A stretch of 8,885 bases of DNA from a virus (lineage: Duplodnaviria; Heunggongvirae; Uroviricota; Caudoviricetes): the IMG/VR virus record IMGVR_UViG_2609460067_000009; one strand, written 5' to 3'. Positions 1 to 6,473 of the stretch are shown here, in pieces. Made by a program: the position numbers and the translations under genes. Under the pieces are notes generated by a model that was not told where the DNA came from, searched no databases, and saw only the letters and a program-made list of their open reading frames with translations. Position 1 is the first letter of the stretch. Every line of letters starts with the position of its first letter.

Positions 1-48
1 TCCATGCGGTGATTTCCCTGAGTATGTCAGCCATTGAATGCCTCCCGG

Positions 49-345
49 TTACTCGTTCGTGTAAATCACGCCCAGTCGTGCAGCCAGACGTTCCAGTTTT
101 TTCTGTTTGTGGAAGTCAATCAGCCGGTCCATCCCCTGAAGGCGCAGTTGCTCTGTCATGATTTCCACGTCTGCCAGCTCTGCCGCGAGGTCACTTTCGC
201 TGCCCTGTCCGTTCAGGTTGCGGGCGGCACTGGCCGCCAGTTCAGCGGCCTCTTCTGCCAGTTTCAGGGCCTGTGCGTCCGGCCCGAAACGCTGCAGGGC
301 CAGACGGTAGAGGGCGGTGCGGGTGAGTTCGGTGTTTCGTGTCAT
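49..345 (-). CDS. MazG-like all-alpha nucleotide pyrophosphohydrolase domain protein
   Basis: 98-aa ORF. EExxE motif (LAEEAAELAAS) followed by ExxD (LAAELADVEIM), the signature pair of MazG/HisE-type NTP pyrophosphatases. Last gene of the co-directional minus-strand cluster. Assignment is from motif recall, not a search. Confidence 0.5.
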   Translation of the reverse strand: MTRNTELTRTALYRLALQRFGPDAQALKLAEEAAELAASAARNLNGQGSESDLAAELADVEIMTEQLRLQGMDRLIDFHKQKKLERLAARLGVIYTNE

Positions 346-354
346 GCCGCGCCC

Positions 355-627
355 TCAGTGCTTCCGGCTGACGGTGATGTGCAGGCCGCCTTCTGCAGTG
401 GTTTCCATCCGGTACGGCACCTCATGCTCTGCCGTGTGGGTGAGTGTGTTCATCAGTACCTGCAGGGCAGCCTCCTTTCCGTTGGTCGCCACAATGGCCT
501 GTGTGGCCATGCTGATTAGCGCCGTCAGGACGTGCTTCACATCGGTGAGGTCGCGGCATTCACACTCGTTGACATAGTGTTCAACAAGGGTTCGGGTGCG
601 CTGTCGTGCTTCCTGTGGGGTAATCAT
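355..627 (-). CDS. hypothetical phage protein
   Basis: 90-aa ORF. Its start overlaps the stop of the upstream zinc-ribbon gene by 4 bp (ATGA, 624-627), consistent with translational coupling. It ends 10 bp before the next gene. Confidence 0.5.
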   Translation of the reverse strand: MITPQEARQRTRTLVEHYVNECECRDLTDVKHVLTALISMATQAIVATNGKEAALQVLMNTLTHTAEHEVPYRMETTAEGGLHITVSRKH

Positions 628-818
628 TGCGAGTCCTCCCTGTCAGGGCGGGAGAATTCCATGACGGGCACGTCTGCCGAAAAATGCTGGCTGCAGTACG
701 GGCAGACCAGGGTGACGCGTACCGCAGGGATGTGGTATTTACCGGACATCACGGCGATGGCGCTGTGAAAACGCAGGGCTGTTATATCCCTCTCGCACTG
801 AATACATTTAAATATCAT
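624..818 (-). CDS. small zinc-ribbon protein (CxxC...CxxC)
   Basis: 64-aa ORF with two CxxC pairs (CIQC and CPYC, about 30 residues apart). Strong GAGGAG Shine-Dalgarno 9 nt upstream of the ATG (minus strand, 833-828). Confidence 0.55.
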   Translation of the reverse strand: MIFKCIQCERDITALRFHSAIAVMSGKYHIPAVRVTLVCPYCSQHFSADVPVMEFSRPDREDSQ

Positions 819-915
819 GATTTAATTCTCCTCTGTTTCCGGCGTGCAGAAGCCCGCGGCGCTGACGTCGGAATAAAAAAGAAAATGTTTTTATTAAATA
901 ATTAACGTGGTGTGT

Positions 916-1446
916 TTACTGCACATCCTGCTCAAAAGGAATTATTGAAAAATCCTCAATGTCGCTTTTAATGGAAATACCGGGAATATTTTTCACGGCC
1001 TCTTTTTCATTCAGGATAGCGTCTTTATTTATTTCCTCTTTTACACGAATAAAGCGCTCAAGCCCCAGACGTCTCAGTAATTCAATAACATTATCCGCCC
1101 CACGGATACTGACTGATGGCGGACGGTTTCGCCACTGCACCTCGCCGGTGGTGAGGTTAGCGAACTTCACCTTCCCGTTGCCGGTCAGTTCATCACGGTG
1201 TGCCTCACACCATGTCTGAATACCGGACTGCAGTTCGGCCATGCGTTTTTTCAGGCTCTCGGTGAGCGGGGCATAACGTGCGGTGATATCGCCAATGGCG
1301 TCATTCATTTCTGTTTCAGCCCTGACCAGTTCACGTTGTGCGTCACCGAGTAGTCTGATTCCCTCAATGACCTCTTCACGTGTCCCCGGCACCCAGAGTG
1401 CTGCTGCGGCCTTGATACGTTTTGCACCTTTTGTACTTTTTGCCAT
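916..1446 (-). CDS. gam: host-nuclease inhibitor protein Gam (Mu Gam family)
   Basis: 176-aa ORF with blocks I recognise from Mu Gam: N-terminal MAK..KRIK.AAA, ETEMNDAI, WCEA.RDELT, PPSVSIRG, GL.RFIR.K.EINK.AIL and C-terminal EDFSIIPFEQ. GGAG ribosome-binding site upstream. Confidence 0.9.
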   Translation of the reverse strand: MAKSTKGAKRIKAAAALWVPGTREEVIEGIRLLGDAQRELVRAETEMNDAIGDITARYAPLTESLKKRMAELQSGIQTWCEAHRDELTGNGKVKFANLTTGEVQWRNRPPSVSIRGADNVIELLRRLGLERFIRVKEEINKDAILNEKEAVKNIPGISIKSDIEDFSIIPFEQDVQ

Positions 1447-1473
1447 TTTTTATGATTTCTCCAGTTGTGCTGA

Positions 1474-1743
1474 TTACCACAAAGATTCCGGCCACACGAC
1501 GCGACAGCCGTGCAGTTCGAAAACGCCCTGACGGAAATATCCCCTGTGGTCATGTCCGGTATACAGATAACAGGCCTTTCCCTGCTCAAGCATGCGCATG
1601 CAATGCGCACTCCGGGAAACGCGGATGACAGGTTTGTTACCCCTGATGGTGATGCTCTGTACATCCGTGTTCGTCGCCTTAAGCGCCATAATGGCTGACT
1701 GCACTTTGCTGATTTGCTGGTTGATACCTGTGGTGGATTTCAT
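1474..1743 (-). CDS. hypothetical small protein (Kil-equivalent position between B and gam)
   Basis: 89-aa ORF starting 2 nt after the B stop, with an AAAGGGG ribosome-binding site. Contains a Cys/His cluster (C..H..C...H.H...H.C). Function is not recognisable from sequence. Confidence 0.5.
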   Translation of the reverse strand: MKSTTGINQQISKVQSAIMALKATNTDVQSITIRGNKPVIRVSRSAHCMRMLEQGKACYLYTGHDHRGYFRQGVFELHGCRVVWPESLW

Positions 1744-1745
1744 TA

Positions 1746-2912
1746 TTAAACCCCTTTGACAACGTCAGCGTTGACCTGTGGAACCCCGATTTCAGCGGCC
1801 AGATTCATGGCGGCTATTACCAGGTTACTGACGGCCAGCGGATACAGCAGGCTGACCATATTTTTACGGTGACTTCCCGGATTGCTCAGGCGGGCACGTA
1901 TGGCATCCACTGCACCGGCGTCCATAATGTCCGTCAGCTGTTTACCGGCCCGTTGCAGTTTGAACGTCAGAAATTCTTCAAGGTTATTGTCCAGAGGCAG
2001 AAGTTCGACCACCTCACAGCGCTGAACGACTTCACGGACTTCCATATTGCGTTCAGACAGTTTTGTCGCCAGTTCCGGCTGGCCAATCAGCACGATGGAC
2101 AGCAGTTTTTTGAAACCGGACTCCAGCTCAAAAAAGCGTTTGAGGTGTTTCAGTGTCGGAATGGGCAGACTGTGGGCCTCCTCAATCACCAGAACGTGGC
2201 TGAACCCCGCCTGGCTGCTGTCTTTCAGGACGCGATGCAACTGGCGAAAACGGGCGTCCTGACTGCGTCTGATGCTTTCCAGTGGTGCGATGGTACTGAT
2301 AATGGCTTCGGCAATAGCTGCTGCCTTCAGGGTTTTCCCTTTCACATCGTTGTCTTCCATAGCGATGATGTATGGCTCGATAACAATTACCGGCGCATTC
2401 TCGCGGTTGATACGTTCAGTCAGGTCGCGGCGCAGCGTGGATTTACCCGCACCGGACTCACCGATGACGGCCATAAACCCACCATGACGGGCTGTCTGGT
2501 ACAGCGCCTCACGCACGTAGCGAATGTCCGGGGTGGTGAACACATCATCAGAACCCTGCATGGCTTCGTCGGCGAACGGGTCACGGAAAAGACCAAACGC
2601 TTTTTTGGTTGCTGGAAATAACACCTGTTTTTTGAGTAACATATTCTCTTCCTCACTGAGGCTCGTTTTATCTGTGGTACCCGCTGTACGGGGCGTGGCC
2701 GCGCCCTGTACAGCATCAAAACTCTTCGTTGTATCAATCCCCTGACTTTCCAGCCAGGACGCAAGACGCCGGCGCACTTCTCCGGGGCTGGTGCGGGGCC
2801 ACGCGTTATGATTCACAATCTGGGCCAGCGTGGCCTCAGAAACATCGACAGCTCTCGCCACCACCGCCTGTGGAATACGGGCCTCTTTCAGTTGCTGCTT
2901 CAGTACCAGCAT
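1746..2912 (-). CDS. transposition ATPase B (AAA+ / ExeA-TniB-like), N-terminal HTH
   Basis: Walker A GESGAGKST and Walker B VLVIEEAH. N-terminal HTH-like segment (IPQAVVARAVDVSEATLAQIV). Start placed at the ATG at 2912, which is preceded by GAGGAGG overlapping the transposase TGA stop. The ORF-track start at 2951 would overlap the transposase by 29 nt. Confidence 0.85.
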   Translation of the reverse strand: MLVLKQQLKEARIPQAVVARAVDVSEATLAQIVNHNAWPRTSPGEVRRRLASWLESQGIDTTKSFDAVQGAATPRTAGTTDKTSLSEEENMLLKKQVLFPATKKAFGLFRDPFADEAMQGSDDVFTTPDIRYVREALYQTARHGGFMAVIGESGAGKSTLRRDLTERINRENAPVIVIEPYIIAMEDNDVKGKTLKAAAIAEAIISTIAPLESIRRSQDARFRQLHRVLKDSSQAGFSHVLVIEEAHSLPIPTLKHLKRFFELESGFKKLLSIVLIGQPELATKLSERNMEVREVVQRCEVVELLPLDNNLEEFLTFKLQRAGKQLTDIMDAGAVDAIRARLSNPGSHRKNMVSLLYPLAVSNLVIAAMNLAAEIGVPQVNADVVKGV

Positions 2913-2922
2913 GTTTCCCTCC

Positions 2923-4542
2923 TCAGTTGCCGTTAACAATGCTGATAACACTGCTGCGGGCCGGTGTGGTCAGCGTGGCCATGACTTCATCCAGTGCGGC
3001 TTCCGGTACGCCGTCCGGGTACTGTGCCGTTAACTGGCGGTAATGTTCCGGCGTCCAGGTAAGGCCGTCGGCGCTGAACTTATCGCGCAGGGCTTTCGCG
3101 GCCTCCACATGAGTCATGGGACGTTGTTCAGTGCGCGGCCCGCGTACGTCAGAGGCCTGACCACGCTTCGGCATATAGGCCGGAAGTGTGGTGTCGTCGA
3201 TATGTTTATACGGGTCAAGCCGCCCGCCGAACGGCAGCGCCTTCGCCTTGCGTGCGGCGGCTGCATCTGCGGCGTTGTCTGTACCGGTAACCAGCGCTTC
3301 GGTTTCTTTTGCCGCCATCTGTGCCGGGGTTTCCGGCAGGGCTTTGTAACTTTCGCCAAATACCGCCGCGCCTTCAGCAAAGCCAAACTCGTTCTTTCTG
3401 ACCTCTTCGACCAGGAAGAACGTCTCGTGGCCGTCCTCACCGGTCAGAACCACCTGTGCCACATCGCTGCGCCATGGGTTACGGGTAATCATCAGTTTTT
3501 CACCAACCAGTACGCCCGGTACCGTTGATACGTCAAATTCAGTGCCCCGGAACGAGACACGAAGTTTTGGCGTGACTTTGCGGAGTTCTGGTGCCGCCAC
3601 AGCCAGTTCACGACATACCTCAACGGAAGGCGCTTTTTTCAGCTGCTCAGCAGTAATCTTCAGCCAGATATCCGTGCGGGTTTTACCGTGGCGGCTGTGA
3701 ACAGCCGTGGCGTTAAAGTGGCTGCGCCATTTCGCGGCCAGCGCGTTGAGTTCTTCCAGACTGTGAACCGGCCGGAACTTCAGACCCGGCTCCAGCTTGC
3801 GTTCGATAATGTCACGCGCCTTTTCCACCTGTCCGGTGGCGCGGGCGTTATGCGGCTTGTGCGCTATCAGGTCGATGCCCAGTGAGCGGCACATGTTTTT
3901 CGTCATACCCGCGGTGTTTGCCGAGCCGGGGTCGAGATAGAGTATTTTCGGCACGCCGTGCAGCACGTCTGCGCCGCCACGCTCCTGCATGGCGTTGATA
4001 AGCACAGAACACAGGTTCTCACCTGATTCCGCGCCCGTCACATACTCAACGTAAATCCAGCCGCTGGCATGGTCGGTAATCTCGTAACTCCACACGCGGT
4101 CACTGGCGATACGGGCAAGGTTAGCGGGCTTGTTCTTGTAGAACTTCGCGCTGTCCATCACCTGCAGCCCTTTATGTCCATTGCTCAGGTAGTAAAGCGT
4201 GCAGAGTGAGGCGTCAATCTGCCAGACATGATTGGGATGCAGACTGGCCACTTCGGTATGTGGTGCAGGGGCATCCAGTTGTTCCGGGTGCAGGCCATAG
4301 TTACGCAGAGCACGGCTGATGGCATCTTCAGACAACGGGAAAAACTCACTGGTGGTTTCATCTGTTCTGCCTGCGGTGATAAAGCCGTTAGCCCGCAGGG
4401 TTTCCACTGCATCTGCGATGGAATAGAGACGCTTACCGTTCTTGCGGGTGGCCTCACGCAGTGTGGCAGATATCAGCGCGGCTTCGTCGCGGGTCAGGGC
4501 GCTGCGCCCGGCATCGGCGCGTTTTTTGCGTTTATCAGTCAC
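2923..4542 (-). CDS. DDE transposase (transposable-phage A protein, retroviral-integrase-like DD35E core)
   Basis: Large ORF immediately upstream of the AAA+ ATPase. Candidate catalytic residues in VWQIDAS or ITDHASGW, LYLDPGSANT and GQVEKA, with the last two about 36 residues apart. Start is ambiguous: GTG at 4542 overlaps the upstream stop as GTGACTGA and is favoured; the ORF-track start at 4647 is a TTG that would overlap the upstream gene by about 110 nt. Confidence 0.85.
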   Translation of the reverse strand: MTDKRKKRADAGRSALTRDEAALISATLREATRKNGKRLYSIADAVETLRANGFITAGRTDETTSEFFPLSEDAISRALRNYGLHPEQLDAPAPHTEVASLHPNHVWQIDASLCTLYYLSNGHKGLQVMDSAKFYKNKPANLARIASDRVWSYEITDHASGWIYVEYVTGAESGENLCSVLINAMQERGGADVLHGVPKILYLDPGSANTAGMTKNMCRSLGIDLIAHKPHNARATGQVEKARDIIERKLEPGLKFRPVHSLEELNALAAKWRSHFNATAVHSRHGKTRTDIWLKITAEQLKKAPSVEVCRELAVAAPELRKVTPKLRVSFRGTEFDVSTVPGVLVGEKLMITRNPWRSDVAQVVLTGEDGHETFFLVEEVRKNEFGFAEGAAVFGESYKALPETPAQMAAKETEALVTGTDNAADAAAARKAKALPFGGRLDPYKHIDDTTLPAYMPKRGQASDVRGPRTEQRPMTHVEAAKALRDKFSADGLTWTPEHYRQLTAQYPDGVPEAALDEVMATLTTPARSSVISIVNGN

Positions 4543-5401
4543 AGATGCCTGTTGGCTCGTCCGGCAGGTCAAATGTGGAGCGCAGGCTACGCGCTGTGCT
4601 TTCCAGTTGACAGACCAGGCCTGCCATGAAGTCTCTGGGGGTATCAATCATGTTTTCAGCACAATATGCGCACAGCGTCTCAAAAGCGCTGGACAGTCGG
4701 ACGGCGATAGCAGATTCCGCCTCAACCGCTAATGCTGTTACTTCCGCCCGCAGCTTCTTAACCTCCTCATCAGGCTCAGGCGGCTGAATACGGGATTTCT
4801 TCTCCAGTCTGGTGGAGAGTGAATCTATTTTTTCATTTTTGTCGGCGAGTACGCGCTGTTGTGCTGCGTTGGTTTCGCGCGCTTCGCGCAGGGCCTGACG
4901 CAATTCACGTACTGACATGCGATCAACGTCGTCAAGCGTCAGGCCGGCAACTGTGCCGCCGTCGGCCAATTCATCAAGTTCTTCATTATCCAGAACCATC
5001 AGGTCGTACAGTTTGGCTTTCCCCAAAACGCTCAACGTTGAGCGTTTTGTTGGCTCATCACCTTCTCCCAAAAACTTCATACTGGCTTGCATCATGCGGC
5101 GAGCAACTTGTGGTGCAAGTCCGAGTTCATTTTCTAAAATGTTTGTAAAATCACCGTGTGGCTCATTTTCTTTTAAGATGATCAGCCGCTTACCCGCTTC
5201 CAGCATAGATTCAGCACTCTGCGCCATATAAAAACGTGCTTCGTGAACAATGCGATCACGTTCATAAGGCAGTCCATCACCAAACTGCTGCATAATTTCC
5301 ATGCGATGCTGTGTCATAGCGTTCAAATTGACATTGATGTTATCTGACAGCGGAACCTCAACATTCAGTTCAGTGTTAACGGGTGATTTGGTGCGTCCCA
5401 T
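4535..5401 (-). CDS. hypothetical coiled-coil protein (early operon, between the regulators and the transposase)
   Basis: 288-aa ORF with an AAGGAG ribosome-binding site that overlaps the stop of the upstream gene. The central region is rich in charged heptad-like sequence (RELRQALREARETNAAQQRVLADKNEKIDSLSTRLEKK). No catalytic motif recognised. Confidence 0.6.
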   Translation of the reverse strand: MGRTKSPVNTELNVEVPLSDNINVNLNAMTQHRMEIMQQFGDGLPYERDRIVHEARFYMAQSAESMLEAGKRLIILKENEPHGDFTNILENELGLAPQVARRMMQASMKFLGEGDEPTKRSTLSVLGKAKLYDLMVLDNEELDELADGGTVAGLTLDDVDRMSVRELRQALREARETNAAQQRVLADKNEKIDSLSTRLEKKSRIQPPEPDEEVKKLRAEVTALAVEAESAIAVRLSSAFETLCAYCAENMIDTPRDFMAGLVCQLESTARSLRSTFDLPDEPTGICD

Positions 5402-5411
5402 TGATTACTCC

Positions 5412-5720
5412 TTACAAACGACTACCTGAAATAACTCGTTGGTTGATTTCGTTAATACGATCCTGTGCACGCGCCATCTCGTGACTGTGAGCCATGGCGA
5501 TCTGTAGTAACTGGATTCCCGGTGCGAAACGTCCGTTCTCTAATTTCATGGCCAGTCCCTCTTCAATAAGGGTATTAAGTGCTCGATTGATATTCGCCGG
5601 GGACTCCCCCAGGGCTGATGCCAGTTCACCGTTAGAAACACCGTTCAGAGCATGACCGCGTAGAGCTTTGAGTACACGTAGGATGCGGGTCCCAGAACTG
5701 GAAATATTTACTTTACTCAT
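5412..5720 (-). CDS. winged-helix/HTH DNA-binding protein
   Basis: About 102 aa from the ATG at 5720. HTH-like segment (VSNGELASALGESPANINRALNTLIEEGL). The longer ORF-track start at 5783 would overlap the upstream gene and is rejected. Confidence 0.6.
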   Translation of the reverse strand: MSKVNISSSGTRILRVLKALRGHALNGVSNGELASALGESPANINRALNTLIEEGLAMKLENGRFAPGIQLLQIAMAHSHEMARAQDRINEINQRVISGSRL

Positions 5721-5772
5721 GTCACATTTCCATTTTTGCAATATGTGATAACCTGTTGCATATGTGGAAAAT
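5721..5772. promoter_or_regulatory. intergenic region with direct repeats TTGCA(A)TATGTG (putative regulator-binding sites)
   Basis: TTGCAATATGTG at 5736-5747 and TTGCATATGTG at 5757-5767. The 10-mer ATATGTGATA at 5741-5750 recurs exactly at 5998-6007 in the divergent control region. Confidence 0.35.
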
Positions 5773-5961
5773 TTATGCCGCATTTGACGTGGGTTTTAAT
5801 CCCAGTTTTACGGCAATTTCATGGGCTTTGCCGTAACGAGCTTTGGTCTGTCCATTGAGAACACGATAGACCTCATTGCGGCTGTAGCCGTGTTCTTCGG
5901 CCCAGCGGGTAAACGTGATACCACGCTGACGGAAGAGATTTTTAACTTGTTCGGAAGTCAT
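5773..5961 (-). CDS. small HTH DNA-binding protein at the Ner/Cro-equivalent position (Ner-like)
   Basis: 62-aa ORF, first gene of the minus-strand early operon, divergent from the repressor-like gene. Excellent AAGGAGA ribosome-binding site 5 nt upstream. Pattern RG-x-T-F-x-x-W-A-x-E-x-G...IA-x-x-LG resembles the Ner/Nlp family as I recall it. Confidence 0.55.
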   Translation of the reverse strand: MTSEQVKNLFRQRGITFTRWAEEHGYSRNEVYRVLNGQTKARYGKAHEIAVKLGLKPTSNAA

Positions 5962-6047
5962 TGTTGTCTCCTTTGTTGATGCAATGATGTTTGTTTTATA
6001 TGTGATAGATTATGAGAACTATTGTTCTCATTGTCAATGAGGTTTAT
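5962..6047. promoter_or_regulatory. divergent early/repressor control region (overlapping promoters and operator)
   Basis: AT-rich spacer between divergently oriented genes. Contains candidate -35/-10 elements (TTGATG ... TATATG), the ATATGTGATA motif and a perfect 8-4-8 inverted repeat. Confidence 0.45.
6012..6031. repeat. perfect inverted repeat ATGAGAAC-TATT-GTTCTCAT (candidate operator)
   Basis: 8-bp arms are exact reverse complements with a 4-bp spacer. It sits between the divergent promoters and the likely repressor start. Confidence 0.6.
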
Positions 6048-6473
6048 GTGAATTTTGATTCTCTTTGCGCGTCGCGGTTCAAAGCTGAGCGTTCGCGGTT
6101 ATCACTCAAGCAGGCTGAAGTAGCAGCCCTTTGTGGCGTTTCAAGAGAAATGTGGGGGAAATATGAACGAGGGGTTGCTGTTCCCGGAGGTGAGTTACTT
6201 GCAGCCTTTGCAAGAATTGGGGCCAATGTACAGTTCATTCTTACCGGGGAGTCATCAGGTATAACTTTATCACGTGATGAAATGGAGTTACTGCAGCACT
6301 ACCGGCAGGCACCATTACAGGTCAAAGGTTCAGTTTTGTCGGCCTTGACTACTGGCTCCTCCAGAGAACGGGCGGAACAGGTTATTCATGGAGATGTTCT
6401 GGGGAATGTTATCAAAGGTAACGTAACCATAGGAACAGGTGGAATAATGAACAAAAATACCAAGAGAAGATGA
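6048..6473 (+). CDS. XRE-family HTH transcriptional repressor (c-like lysogeny repressor candidate)
   Basis: HTH_XRE-like segment (LSLKQAEVAALCGVSREMWGKYERG). Divergent from the early operon. Start placed at GTG 6048, which has a GAGG ribosome-binding site 5 nt upstream. The in-frame ATG at 6012 lacks a ribosome-binding site and lies inside the palindrome. No S24 peptidase domain is evident. Confidence 0.65.
   Translation: MNFDSLCASRFKAERSRLSLKQAEVAALCGVSREMWGKYERGVAVPGGELLAAFARIGANVQFILTGESSGITLSRDEMELLQHYRQAPLQVKGSVLSALTTGSSRERAEQVIHGDVLGNVIKGNVTIGTGGIMNKNTKRR

Noticed and set aside
34-519. 161-aa plus-strand ORF
   Set aside because: Lies entirely antisense to two better-supported minus-strand genes with coupled starts and ribosome-binding sites. 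Cys- and Val-rich composition looks like frame noise.
1305-1664. 119-aa minus-strand ORF overlapping the 89-aa gene and gam
   Set aside because: Out of frame with and overlapping two genes that have ribosome-binding sites and coupled junctions. The sequence is Cys- and Arg-rich and low-complexity.
1869-2621. 250-aa plus-strand ORF antisense to the ATPase gene
   Set aside because: The minus-strand frame encodes clear Walker A and B motifs and an HTH. Long antisense ORFs are expected in GC-rich coding DNA.
2913-2951. Longer N-terminal extension of the ATPase (ORF-track start at 2951)
   Set aside because: Would overlap the transposase by 29 nt. The ATG at 2912 has a near-perfect GAGGAGG ribosome-binding site.
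3043-4629. Plus-strand ORFs 3043-3528, 3688-3885 and 4228-4629, and minus-strand ORFs 3114-3440 and 4185-4457, all inside the transposase gene
   Set aside because: Embedded in or antisense to the transposase reading frame. None has a ribosome-binding site or recognisable motif.
5721-5783. Longer start for the winged-HTH gene (ORF-track start at 5783)
   Set aside because: Would overlap the Ner-like gene. The internal ATG at 5720 gives an N-terminus typical of HTH proteins and leaves a sensible intergenic spacer containing the repeats.
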